Assembly: GCA_003344405.1 (NCBI GenBank)
Contig: NOWV01000003.1
Span: forward strand, 1,426,001 to 1,490,000
Direction of reading: 5' to 3'
Origin: Trichoplax sp. H2
Lineage: Eukaryota
Length of the DNA: 64,000 nt
Below are positions 39,301 to 57,345 of this stretch, piece after piece. The notes under the pieces were generated by a model. That model was not told where the DNA came from, made no database searches, and was given only the letters and a program-made list of their open reading frames with translations. How positions within the stretch are numbered: position 1 is the first letter of the stretch; each line of letters opens with the position of its first letter. A program made the translations under genes and the position numbers.

Positions 39301-39767
39301 ATTTGGATGTGGTAAGTAAATTTTACTGTTGTCAATGGAAGTCGGTAAAGCAAATAGGGTATTATTCGTATAATTTGATTAAAATCCTTTTGACTATGTC
39401 AGATTCACCACCACTATCACCGAAACCGAAAATGTTATACTCATTCCAAGAAAGCCCAGATACGGTAATTACAGTAGCAGAAGCTGATGCTATTTTATGG
39501 ATATTTCAACTAACTGAACAGACATAATCAACTATTCATTTTCCACTATAGATATTAAAAGATATCAACGATGCCGTTAAACAGTCAGAAAGAACTGGCG
39601 ATAAATCAAAAGCCTTTACTGCACGTGGAAGAGCAAAGCGTGCAATTTTACAAAATGACGAACCGGATATCTTACCCAAACGAAGTCGACAAAGTGAAGT
39701 TTTAACTAAACGTTTATCTAATTTAACGTCGGATAAGGAAAAAGTTAAACGATCACAAGGAGAATAA
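30353..39767 (+). CDS. RBL1: Retinoblastoma-like pocket protein (p107/p130 type), multi-exon
   Basis: LCLSLNMDKDTAQTAW...FTLE/GNHLHWLTCALF, DLVNSYHLLLCCIDL, GDFDERIFL, PQTPLTGR, FHRSLLACCLEI, FYKVIEIVIR, KPKRTGSLGLFFRK, IWTCFE, DRHLDQLLMCAIY, RGDLVQFYNEVY; stop TAA 39765-39767. Likely co-ortholog of vertebrate RBL1 and RBL2. Confidence 0.93.
32359..32635. repeat. Three tandem copies of a 93-bp unit in RBL intron 1
   Basis: tactagaact(g/a)ctcgtat...gtgaggttatatagcctaaccagttcctttgcattttt...tattatccacacat begins at 32359, 32452 and 32545. Confidence 0.95.
33031..33163 (+). repeat. 67-bp tandem duplication spanning the RBL intron 1 3' splice site
   Basis: acaaatttaatctac(t/a)ttaatagtaagcaa(attg/tttt)actgtcatgttacaacctagggcaa occurs twice; AG acceptors at 33090-33091 and 33157-33158. 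Confidence 0.92.
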
Positions 39768-40117
39768 ATATTAATGTAACATGAATCACATACGATGAAT
39801 TAAGTGATTATCAATTAATCAATCTATCGTCGCATATGTATCATTTATTACAATTCAGTTTTAGTAATTTGTCATGATATGTAGACAGTACTGATTGACT
39901 TACAGTAACATGTATATTACTTCAACTATTACAGTTTCATAGTGAAAAATAAAATTTTGTATTACTATTGTAAAAACAGTGTAATTATTTAATATTAATT
40001 ACTACTGCTCTTACTAAAACAATCGAAATTTTTTACATACTGTATTATTACTTAATTATACCTTCATCATTGAGCATATGTACAAATAATATTATGAAGA
40101 TTGTAATAAACTCTATA

Positions 40118-41273
40118 TTAACTTTTCTTATCAGTATGACAATATAACGTATTGCTAAAGGGTCCTTTAGTCGAGTCATTAATTATTGCCCTAATCCAAG
40201 CATAATAAAGTTGATTTCGATCAATATTATCAGAAATAATGAGGCGAGTTTCATTAGTTACATAGGCTATAACACTTTCTTGATTAGATTGTTGTAGCCA
40301 TATTTCAAATAGAATTTTATAAGATTGTCGTTGTTGTTGGTTGCACAATTTTATTGTCCATGGTAAATCCCAGGTAATTGTGATGTTACTTTTACCTTGA
40401 TGATAGCCAACAGAGCAAGTGATATTGTCAACACGTGAAGGTGGAAATTGTAAATGGCGATGCTGACCTTCGTTAGTTGTCCAGTACTGAGTTTGTTGAT
40501 CGAATAATAAGGTTAATTGTTGAGAGAATGATTCAATTTCAATAACAGTATCTTGATAAATATGATATAACCAATTTGGATCTTGACAACATGAATGAAG
40601 TGGAACTTCAACTGTGCCAATAATTTCTTCTTGTTGATGATGAGGCAAATGATTGATTCCACCTAATTGACTCGGATACTCTGGATGAGCAATGGAATGA
40701 CTACTAATTTGATTTGTCCAACTGGCATAATGCAATTGGATATCAGGTAGGCCAGCCATAGTCTTATAAGGCGTATAATGATGAGGATTAATTGCATACG
40801 GAAATAACTCCAACAGAAATGAATTTTGCGGTAGAAATAATCCTAATATTAATGCAGAACCATGCATACCAATTAAACCAATGGTTTGGCACGATAATAT
40901 AGATAGTTGATGAGTTATATTATAGTCTTGGCTATCTTCAATGGATAAGGTAATGACATTTCTCTTATATTTATCTGCAATAAATTGTTTCAGTCGATCT
41001 ACATTGATAATAAGGCGATTGCTATGTCGTAACATGATGACAATAACATTATCATCGCTCTCCAGTTGAGATGCGGTCGATATTGGGCAATGAATGTTTA
41101 ACTTTTTCATGATGAATTGTGTAAATGTTCGATAAGGAAATGTATTAGGCAATTTTCTTTGAATTGGACCTTGCGGCGCGGATGACTGGAAACCATATTG
41201 ATACCAAGTAGTCATTTTGGAGATCCCTACGATAACTTGTTGGAAACAAATAAGAGATCCATGCTCATTGTCA

Positions 41274-41307
<34 letters not shown>

Positions 41308-41962
41308 GATTACGAGTGTTGAGCAAAGATATTAAATCTTTCTTATATAATGGTAAACGATTTGAAAATAAATTATATAGGTATGCATAATGAGTAGGTG
41401 GTTCTTCATCGAAAAATATTACTTGAATATTATCAGAGTATAAATTGGAATATTGGCGTAATGTATAATATAACGGTATTAAATCATCATGAATAACGTG
41501 CATAATATTACTAGGGTAAAAGCGACGAAAGATTAAATGATTTCCGTTCATTATAACTGATGAATTTAAATTAAATTTTTGGCTAATGACTTGCCAGGGT
41601 AATTCTACAAAATTAAAGTATTGTCTGTTATGATCTTCAACCGATGACATATCTAATAATGTTGGATTAAATCGATCATCAGGTAGGTTATCTCGTATGG
41701 ATTTAGTCAAGCCATGGATAAAAATAAATTCATCATAATTATAGGAATAGCATAAATGATCGAATTTGCAAATACGATTGGTTGAGTGATTGCCCCAACA
41801 CCATACTGATGATCCACGTTGTAATAGTGACATGATGTCGTTTATCTTTGTCTGATTATGAGCAGGAAGATGATCAAGATTTTGATATTGATGAATGGCC
41901 ATGGTAATCATTAATGCAACGATTGGCGTTACAGCCATCCAATAGCGGATGTACAATTGCAT
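40118..41962 (-). CDS. POMGNT2: Protein O-mannose beta-1,4-GlcNAc transferase 2 (GT61 family plus C-terminal FN3-like domain), intronless
   Basis: 614-aa single ORF with N-terminal TM anchor, SSVEDHNRQYFNFVELP, RFYPSNIMHVIHDDLIPLYYT, TTWYQYGF, LIGMHGS, ELFPYAINPHHYTPYK, CCQDPNWLYHIYQDT and an FN3-like end (W..PW, YAWIR, GPFS). Confidence 0.93.
41270..41310 (-). repeat. (AAT)n microsatellite encoding a poly-Asn tract in POMGNT2
   Basis: ttattattattatt... on the plus strand; protein reads RNHNNNNNNNNNNNDNEH. Confidence 0.9.
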
Positions 41963-42082
41963 GATGTCTTCTACCGCTTACCAAGTACCACTCAAAAGAT
42001 TTTGATCATTACTATCTATTGTAGAGTATAATCAAGAGCTGAAGTATTGTACCTATTCATGAATAAAGATTGATATTACAGG

Positions 42083-43097
42083 TAGAAAATGTTGTTGATT
42101 GTAAGGCTTGGCAGATGGCTGCCCATTTTGCTGTCCTTGAAGTCGGTTGCAGACTTGCAATTGAGGAAGCGGAGACAAGCAAAAGCCGTCCGTATGTCTG
42201 TAGACGTTACGGTAGCCCACGAGGACCAAGCAGTGTACAGTACAGTACAGTACTGTACAGTACAGTGTACCGTAACTGTACTGTACACTGTACAGTATAC
42301 TGAGTACTGTACACTCAGTACAGTACGATGGTACAGATGGACGTACGACTAGACTATGTCAAGATTTCATCATGCTCATTGCTGGCAGAACCAACCGTAC
42401 CAGTAGCTCTAGCTCAGTCTAGCCTTATGTACCGGAGTCGATGTCAATGGCGGATTTGGCTACAAATTACTGAGCAGCAACAACTTCATCGTTCTACTTT
42501 AATCGACATTNNNNNNNNNNNNNNNNNNNNTAGAAAATGTTGTTGATTGTAAGGCTTGGCAGATAGCTGCCCATTTTGCTCTCCTTGAAATCGGTTGCAG
42601 ACTTGCAATTGAGGAAGCGGAGACAAGCAAAAGCCGTCCGTATGTCTGTAGACGTTACGGTAGCCCACGAGGACCAAGCAGTGTACTGTACTGTACTGTA
42701 CAGTACATACAGTACAGTGTACAGTACAGTACAGTACTGTACACTCAATCATTCGCTACAGTACTATACGTACAGTACTGTACTGTATACTGTACAGTAC
42801 AGTGTACCGTAACTGTACTGTACTGTACTGTACACTGTACTGTACTGTACTGTACACTGTACTGTACTGTACTGTACACTGTACTGTACAGTACGGTACA
42901 CTGAGTACAGCACAATGGTACAGATGGACGTACGGCTGGACTATGTCAAGATTTCATCATGCTCATTGCTGGCAGAACCAACCGTACTAGTAGCTCTAGC
43001 TCAGTCTAGCCTTATGTACCGGAGTCGATGTCAATGGCGGATTTGGCTACAAATTACTGAGCAGCAACAACTTCATCGTTCTACTTTAATCGACATT
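42083..43097. repeat. Near-identical duplication flanking a 20-N assembly gap (42083-42510 and 42531-43097)
   Basis: Both copies start tagaaaatgttgttgattg and end actttaatcgacatt, directly abutting the gap; they differ by a handful of SNPs and by 139 nt of CAGTA/TACTG tract length. Confidence 0.93.
42679..42925. repeat. Largest CAGTA/TACTG pentamer microsatellite array in the window
   Basis: gtactgtactgtactgtacagtacatacagtacagtgtacagtacagtacagtactgtac... with mixed-orientation pentamers forming local palindromes. Confidence 0.92.
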
Positions 43098-43163
43098 GCT
43101 ATTGGTTTTAATTGTTACTAAGAGCTAAATTGACCTTCAAGGTAGATTACTAAGTCATTTCAA

Positions 43164-47622
<4,459 letters not shown>

Positions 47623-48790
47623 GTTGAAAATTCACTTTTATGAGCTAAAATTCATCACTCTTTTATAACTAATACTTTTACGGAGTATGGTAAATTTGCT
47701 CGGCAATGTGTTGCAGCTTGAGAATTCATTATTTTATACAACAAAGGTGTAAGCCATTTGTAATATAAAAATTTGCAAGCCGATGTCATTCGCTATAATA
47801 ATAGCAATAATTGATAATTTTGCATATGTAAAAAGCTTATACGTGTATTTGGTTAAAATTTCAAATTGCAGTTAAATATCAATAAAATACATTATATTGC
47901 ATTATCATGATTATAGCCAACCTAGACCTACCATCTAGAAGTTACTTATGAATAATTTACAATAATTACTCTATACATATTTACTGAAGCACTTGTAATC
48001 AATTGACTAGATATCTCGCAATGAATAGTATGAAAACTACAAGTATAGTAACGTTGTCGGACACGAAATATTCAAGATAATAATTAACAACGAATCCTTA
48101 CATTGTACACGTGCGAGTACTGTACGACATGCTAGTTACACCCACACCAGATAACCTAGAGCTTCACTTAAATACGTACTTTAATATTATTATTTTTACT
48201 CCCCAGATATCATACTTTAAAAGTTTTAAATTCCCAACTTTCTAGAAATGTACGTTAATATTGAAGATATAAGTGGCCGGGTACTGTACGAATGTAAAGT
48301 TTCGCTGAAAGTATGGGGTACACATCATTTAAGAAACAACTGGTAGTAGCAAATATGATAAGAATTCGATCAACTATCCAGCAATCCCACACCAGTTAAT
48401 ATTCTTAGTATGAAATCATTAAATTACGTTATTTACACTCTTGGCCCGTAAGTTAACAATTGATAAAGTATATTATCGTGATTAGTGTAGCCAATTCAAG
48501 TAATACTCTAGAGACGTTATCAACTTAATACACGATTTTATTTCTGGTAATGATACTCAATGTAGCCAAAACAATTTCAATTTATAGTCTAATCATTGTA
48601 CAACAAACGAAGAGTCCATATGTGTAAAACACATAATCCAAAAACAAACTTTAAAGCAATGATATTAGGCTCTGATTTGGTTACATATCTATTATTTATC
48701 CGATAAATAAGATAAACTCAACGATTACTATCCATCTGGATCACTTGAAGTAAATATATTTCACTGTTATACAAAAGGATTCCATAAATA

Positions 48791-51700
48791 CTACAAACCA
48801 ATTGTATAAGAACGTCCATTTGGGTTGTGCAACCCTGAAATATAAGGGTTTGTGACACACCATTCATACCAAACTTTCGATGCCGATGATTTTCGCCAAA
48901 AATGAACATCAATTCTTGATTCCGCTTTCACATATATCGGTTCCTAACATTTTAAATCGCAGTATCCAAGTCATCAGGGTTAATAGTCAAATTTTACAAT
49001 AAAATTCTATTGGTATAATTTACCAAATCAACACATAGCGCTCTATAAAACTTGATTATCACTAAGTAACGTGCAATAGCTCTTTCGGTAACTAACCCTT
49101 AATGGAAACATAATTGGAAACCAGCTAAACATCCCTTCAGAATGACGTTCAGGAACAGTACCTAATCAATAAACAGCAATTATAAATTATTGATAACTAA
49201 ACCATAATGCAATAGACTCTGAAAGTGATACAACAAACATACTTACTTATAGTCACATTTTTATATAAAATAGCTTCAAAGTATCCAGCAAAACCAGTCA
49301 AAACAGTATCTTTTGAAGGTGATTGATAAGTTAAGCAAATATATCTATCATTACTCCTAGATCCTGTAAAATAATTAATATTATTAAGTGCTTTACTTTC
49401 CATTAATAAATTATCAGTTATTCCATTTAATAATTACTTACCAGAGCCTGAATTAGGATGGCTGAACGAAAAACATTCCAACGGATCCGAGAATATATGT
49501 ACATTATGCAGATGAACAACGAAGGGAGTTTCAAACGAAATCTATCGCAATCAAAGTATACTAATAGAATTACATTGAGATAGCGACCTTGGATGAAATA
49601 ATTAAGCAATATCTAACAATGAAATTTCAATGCATAATCACGAACAGCTATAATCTTCCAATATCATGCGCGTATAGTCATAGATTTACTCGTAAGTAGT
49701 AATTCAGCATTCATCTACTACTATTTTATAAAAAACCATTTGTGAAAACCTTATACCGATTTCATGTAATTATGGTGCTTAATAATTTTGTTATTTATCG
49801 ATACTAAACGTATATTGCTGACAATTATGAACTGCAGTGTATGAATGTAAGAGTATTGTAAGGAATACTCATAGATAAGATCAATATTTTTGTAATATTT
49901 CCATCATTATTTTATAGTACCAGAGGGGCATATACTGAACTCATAATTATTACCAGTGGATGCCTATCTTTCTCCCTACAGTCTCTAACTTCATTATATA
50001 ACTTTGAAGACGAAAAAGGTGACAAATACGACGAATATTTGGATGGAATGGAAATACCGCCCTCTAAAGAAGATAATTCTAAATTAATTGCGCTGTGATA
50101 CATTTATTTCCAATTAATGAAAGTTATCAATAGAATAGAATATTTGAAGTATATTAATTCTTTATCAGATGTTATAGCACTATAGGATATATATATATAT
50201 ATACCATTCAAGTACTTCATAGCACCATCCAAGCATTCTGGAGAGAGTTCGTTATCACCAAATGATCCTAGCAGTTCGCTTACGATAATATCGGCCTACG
50301 ATAATTAATGATATAATGACAAATAAAGACATGTAACTGATCGTGCTAAAAATTATCTGGTATTTTTCTTTTTTAACAGTCAAACAATGCTACAGCAACA
50401 TTGTAATCAGTTAATAATCAACGAACAACAATAAACTATAAAATTACCTTGCATGGGGGCTCCCATTCTCTCATATCCGTTGATACAACCGTCACTTGGT
50501 CTCCCCATTCTACTGCTTTCAAATTTTGTAATCTAATATTCGATATTAAATGTCAAAAATTTACTTGGTATTACCCATTTCATAATATGCTTACTTGACA
50601 ACTTAATACATGTCATAACTGATCTATAATTTATAATCGAATAACAATTTACTGCCAATACATTTATGACATACGTAATGACGGCATTAGGATTTTTTTC
50701 TATCGCATATACAGTCAACTTGGTTTGTAAACTATAACCAGCACGTAAAGTAGCTTTCACTAGCGGTCCTCGGCCAGCCCCTAAAACCATTACAACACTA
50801 AATCCAATAGAATTATTACCATTACCGTAATACCTGTCATATTATGAGAAGTAACGCGTAAGATTAGTTAATAAAGGTTAGATATACTAATACATACGTT
50901 TCGTTATGATTACTCTCTATACGGTCAAGAAGCGCCAGATAGATTGCCTGTTAAAAATGACGATAAATGAATATTCTCAATAATGCATAGTATAGTAGAA
51001 AACATTATATGAGTACTATATAAAACAGCCTACCTCTTCATATCGCGCATACTTAACAGGATCTTTTTCAAAAACTTCATAGGTTTGAGAATCTAAATTA
51101 TCCATTAGTGGCTAATAATAGATTATTTTATATAAGAACAGGTTATCAACCTTTTAAATCGCGATACTTTCATTTAAGGTATTTTAAGTAGTAACGAAGA
51201 TTTACACCCAGTACTTGTAAATTAACCTGTAATGGCCACTGTAAGTAATCTCCGTAACCACGCACAAACTTTTGGTAATCGTCTAAAGGCGGTTGATTCT
51301 AATGCAGTATGATAATGCAAAATAAGAACTGGAAGCTATCACATAATAGAATAATCTTAGAAAAAATCCGCGAGAATAATCGCGCCGAGATATTAAAGTA
51401 TTTTTATTTTGAACAAACTTCATGAACGTGCTCCAAATATTGAAAATAAGAATTAGAGCCCTAAAAGTAATAAAATTTAATATTTGTAACATCCTTTCCA
51501 TGATAATTCTCCAAATCTATCAAATCTTTACATTAACTACTTTGATACCTTGGTAGGATCTTGGCAATTACCAGATACAATACTTTGGATTCTTAACTGG
51601 CGTATAAAAGATCATCATCAATTAATTAATTGCACTAACAAGAATCGCAAGACGTACTATAAATTATTAAAATTCGGTTAGCCGTATTATTTATTTTATG

Positions 51701-54232
51701 GCAAGATTATTTCCAATACAATAACATACCTTAAAAAATCGCTTAGCCATTTCCTGATGGCCACGACTTAAAACAGGATAACCTATCATAAATGTTTAAG
51801 GCAATCAGATAATGAATCTTTGTACTATGAATATTCTTTCAGCTATTGTAAAAAGAAAATTATATAATGACGATTAAGGTGTCAACTTATGAATGCAATT
51901 TTATTCACAGATCACTAATAAATTTGATATTACCTATCTTATTTTGTATCAAAAGCAGTACAATATTCAACTATAATAATCAAGCTTACCTTTTTTATTT
52001 GTACGAAAAATACTAGTAGGAAACGATAAACACTTGATAGGCTCGCCAAACCATCTATCGATTTCAACATCTGTCGGTAAAGCCTGGGTTACTTCCAGCA
52101 CTATTATAAGTCAACAAGATTAAGGGAGTTGATAGCCATTACAATACTAGCACCGCAAACCTAGTACTTGTCAGTGCTAATGTTATAAGCTACAGTTTTA
52201 TTATAAATAGTGAACAGTGTAAGATTTTCGATCGACTACAAAATAGAAGCACAATTACTAAGATATTAATAAGAATTTCGTAATACAAAAGGAGCTACTT
52301 TCACTATCGTTATTGCTTTTAACGTATCCTAACTTACTGTACCTAGCCCGAGTCTCTTATGAAAACTGCACATAGATCTCAAGGTATTCCACCTTCATAA
52401 ATAAATAGTATAATTGAAGGTGTATGCAAAATATCCAATCATCAACTCTTAAACATTTACTGTAGATATTCATATATTTAAGTTTGGATAGTCTAATAGC
52501 TACGTTTAGTGCTACTTACCATCCCCAGGGGTCTTCAAGGGCGGTATCCTAAATATAAAATTAACAGGTAATCATATACGTGAAAGTAACCCAGTAGGTA
52601 AGAATAATATCAATAAAATACTACAACAAGGAAAACTTTATAATACAGGAGATTTTCATATATGCAACATGCAATACCCTTACAGCATCATTTCCATTAT
52701 TAGTGGCACATAATGGCACTTGAATCCAAACCTGATTGAAAAATGAAAATAAACTGATTTGTAAATCAAATTCAATAATCGAATATACAAATGCTATTAC
52801 CAGTATACGCAAAATTATTTTATCTAAATAAGCAAGATCAACACAGGGACTGCTAGAAAGATATAGGGACGGCAAGTGGCCATTCAGTGCAAAATAATGA
52901 GGGGGGCTATCACTTTTCTGATCATTCTACTCTACGCAGCCGCTCCAACCGTATATCACACTGTACAAGATCAATTAAGCAGCTAATTTGGGAGAATATA
53001 ACATATCGTTTCAGTTGAGATGATCAGTAAAATAGTCGCCGCCCTCATTTTTAGTGTACTGAATGACCACCTTTCCTGTCCCTCTTTTTCTTTTTACTGT
53101 AGTAGTCCTGGATCAACATAACTACGATGATGCGGTCATTATAGGAATCCAAATTGAACATTTTCTAAATTAGTAACACCCAAGCCTTTGTCTAATTGTA
53201 TTTGCTTTAAGTGCAATCATCTTTCGCACAAACATCATTTATAATGCACTGAAAAAATGAGTATACAGCACCTACAGAGAAAGATTTCTTACCTGTTGAT
53301 GTCCCAACGACGTATTCAAATAACTGTTTAAAATGCTAGCCAATCTGGCGACAGAACCGCCATTAAGTTGGACAGTGATTGCTGGCAGTGAGAGATGGCT
53401 TGCGTACGATAGTTCCTGGTTCAGGGCCTAAAGAAAATAATATGCAATAATAATTGGATAACATAGTCATCATACGTATGAAAATATCTAGAGGTAGTAT
53501 AAACGGGTACAGCAGCAGAAATGAGCTCTTGGAAATTGTTTGATCTAGCAAAATATAGCTCGTGCTTTATATGCTGTATCCAGCCTATCAACTGTCAATA
53601 AAGGTACAAGTTTATACGGTAGGTTACCTTTTCAGAATTATAGCGCGTTGCTTCATCTACAGAATCAGGTAAAATCCAAGGTGAAATCTTGCCCACAATA
53701 GAGGAGCTCCACTCTTTATAGATAATAAATTGAGGTGAAAATTTTTGCAGGAATCTTATTAGTACTGTAAATCATTATTATACAGTACAGTAATACGCGT
53801 ATACAACAATGTTTCAATGAATCTACTATTTGTTTACGTAGGTTCGGCAAAGGAATTATCCGAGCCTATACTATAACTTGCATTGCATTTCATAGGTAAG
53901 TAATACAAAAAAATGTTCATTGATGGCTAACCTTGGCCAGATAATAAAGCGTCTGGTACAGCAAAAAGTCCTCCGCGATTTCGAGCAGGTCCTTCGATAA
54001 ATTCACGTTTGCAACGTGGATGAGAAATTGGTGTGCAAACAAAGTCAAACCTATCCACGATTCAATGGAAATTTTAACCGCCTGTAAACCGCTTATAGTC
54101 ATGATTCTCATCCTATCAGCAATAATACTATATTTACCCAGCTTCAGTAGCCGATGTAACAGCTACTCGTAAATCGGGAACGTGAAAGAAATCAATGCCA
54201 CAAGAGAACCTTCTTCCTTGATTGTCAGCCAT
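48791..54232 (-). CDS. PRMT5: Protein arginine N-methyltransferase 5, multi-exon
   Basis: [68 protein letters not shown]; double-E loop [28 protein letters not shown]; ends [13 protein letters not shown] (stop 48791-48793). Confidence 0.96.
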
Positions 54233-54603
54233 GATGGATTTAAAATTCGCGCTTGCTCATTTGTCCTAACACGTGCGACGTCCCCTGACGAACTCAGTCA
54301 AGCGAATGGATACCGGCATACCCATACAGTACATCGGACGCCATATGATAGTCTCATAGTATCAGATAATATAGGACCTAGCGATGGCGAAATTTCTCTT
54401 CTACCTAGCTAATCAAATCCTAGAATAGAATTTAACTCAAGTCGATGGTATAGCATGGGACAGTATAGTACAATAGTCTGCAGGAAAAGTAATACAGTAC
54501 AGTGTACAGTACAAAGTCTAGATCATAAATGTTCAGTATCATACTGGACGTACTGTAGACCGTAAGCTTCCCCCGGTCAGCAGTCCACCCGAACGAATTC
54601 AAG

Positions 54604-55519
54604 ATGTCCATCCTGCAAACAAGCCTCCTCAGTAGCTTTTTAATTTCTACAAAGGTATTCTTTTAAGTCACTGTACGCCTACAGTTAGTCAATTTATTTT
54701 CCTAGAGAAGATTATGATACCTGTCAGATAGGAGCGGTAAAGCTACAATCTCTTAATGATTTGTATTAAGCTTTCATCACGTCGTATTAGTGAATTCATG
54801 AATTAGAATGATCGATATAGCTTTGCAATCTGTCGACCTGTAATAGCAAATTATATATAGTTTAAAGAGTGCTATAGAACCTTGATGAAGAAAGTTTGAA
54901 TGCAGTATTACACCAGCTCCAAGCCATCGTTATTTGCTCATAATACAAATGCCCTTCCTATTTTAATGTATATACTGCACTCTATTAACATTACTCTTTC
55001 ATTTGCATTGTACTCTAGCTGCATACGTACGTACATTTGGTTAACATGTTGCTTTCGTGAATATCCTAGGTAGGTCGCAATAGTTTATTGCAGCCATTCC
55101 AATTTGGGATAAGACACCTGAAAGTTAGAATTAAACCTCCTCAACCTAAATTAAGTGAAATTAAGTGGAAATTCGATGATAATATGGACTATGGTATCTA
55201 CTCAGCTTCGTCAGGCTATATTAAAGAAGCTTCATTCGAAGCAGGTAGAGTGGCTATAAGAAGATTAACCAACGTTCGCAATTTCTGGGTTGCAGAAGCT
55301 ACTGTACCGGTGACTAAGAAAGGTATAGGATCTAGAATGGGTAAAGGCAAAGGCAAACTACACCACTATGTCAAAATCGTTAAACCAGGCGACAAGTTGT
55401 TTGAATTTGATTGTAACAATGAATACTTAGCACGAGCGGCATTTAGAGCTGTTACCTTTAAGCTGCCAGTGAGGACCAAACTAAGGATTCGACCTAATAC
55501 ACAATCAGACAAGATTTAA
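54604..55519 (+). CDS. MRPL16: Mitochondrial ribosomal protein uL16m, two coding exons (54604-54654, 55070-55519)
   Basis: Ser/Leu-rich presequence-like exon joins in phase 0 to YGIY...GYIKEASFEAGRVAIRR...PVTKKGIGSRMGKGKG...VKPGDKLFE...KLPV (uL16 signature). Confidence 0.9.
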
Positions 55520-57345
55520 TTTGCTATTTTCTGTTTTACTCTTAACGATCATAATTGTACATTAATAACGCGAGGACAAAGCGCTCATGCCACGCATTTA
55601 TATATATATATAATAATTTGAAATTCTATTGATAACACGATACTCGTATACTATACGTTAAAGATTGATCGCTTTGAAAATCTAGCGACATACTTCCAGA
55701 TATAAATTCAATTTTTAACGATTTGTTTACATTGCATAGGCATTCATCTACTAGATCAGAGGATTGATCTATAACCGTAATGCCTTAAACCAATCCATTG
55801 TATTAGTAATTTTTGTATTTGCCAAATTAACTTGTGGTTCTTGCCTAAGCTGCTTTGACTGTTTTATCAATTATGCAAAACATCACATGATTTTGTACTG
55901 TATAAGTGTACATATACATAGAGAGCGCCTTTGCGCTTCAATATTACCGTATGTACAATGTGAGAAATTAATGATATTGTATTTATACCTCATCAAAAAC
56001 AGATAATAAAAAATAATAATATCCATATTCTTAATTTTGTATACCTGAGCTGCGAGTGTCTTCCATGGAAACAATATTATTATTCAATCATCTGCCTTAT
56101 CATTCATCTAGTTTCTACTATGCCGTCTTAAAACAGTAACAGTATACTTTATTATCTGTTATTATGCTTCCAGTAAACAAACCATGGCTATCAAGAGCAG
56201 TTTACGGTAGCACTGTAATGCATAAACATGCATATGATGTACAGTACTGTATAAAAATAATTCACTTTAGCACAAGCTATAATCGCATGAAATTCATGAA
56301 AAATATTATTCAATAAATATTATTAATGACGGACATCAGATTCTTCTCTGGCTCAATGCTAAATCTTTCCTTTATTACTGTAGCGACTACCTCATGATTG
56401 TATCTTCCTGCCGTACTAGATAGTAAAGTTATAATAACGTCAGTACATGGAAGACCCCTCATTTCATACTATAACTTGCAGTTTACTCAAGCACATGGCC
56501 AAATCGCATGAAATTAACAAAACAAGTTGGCTTTTCGTGCTTGTCTCTCTCTACACCACATTTTGCACTATCGGTTGCATCCTATAATTATTGTTACTTC
56601 GAGAAATCAATTTCTATACTACATTTTTGAAACCCAAAGTTCTTATGAGCTTACTCTTGAGTAGGACGAATCTTTCAAGACATAACATAAGGTAAATCAA
56701 CTACGACGATCAACGATTCATTGCTATGTTGCGTACATTAATTAATAAAAAAGAAATAGTAGGACAGAGCGCAGTATTGCGGAGCTGCAGGCCCGCAGCT
56801 TTTGCAATGACCTGACTGTTATTAATGAATTAATTAAAGCACTACCTGTACCACCTGTACTGATGGTGCTTTTCAAACACTTTACTGTTCTAAATAGTAC
56901 TGTTACACCTGTCGATGGTTTACGTTTGTGCGCATACATACCGTAGGTACAGTATCCATGTGTATCTGGATACTGTACTGTACTGTACTGTAGACTGCTC
57001 TTCGCTGCTACAAAATCTCTCTGCTGCGTTGTCCACCTCCTCCATGTGCACCGGTGATTGCATCTCGTCGAGCTGTATTTACTGTTAGTTATATGCATTA
57101 ATTAAGCCCTAAGTACGGTAAATTCTTGTGTACGTAGCAAATAGCTGGTTAGGGAATTATTGAATTTATAACTCTTTACTTGCATCAAGAATATTCAAGT
57201 TGAACTACTAGCTTAATTGAATGGTGACGGTCTGAGATTGCGACTTCGACATTATTAAACAGCGCTCAGTTGGTTATTGCAAGACGATTTATATATCAAT
57301 TCAAATTGGTATGACATCCATGCAACTAAAGCAGTTTATCATCGT

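Noticed and set aside
42070..43121. Cluster of overlapping ORFs rich in Y/S/T/V/C/L/Q on both strands
   Set aside because: Translations of the stop-poor CAGTA/TACTG array; no protein-family features.
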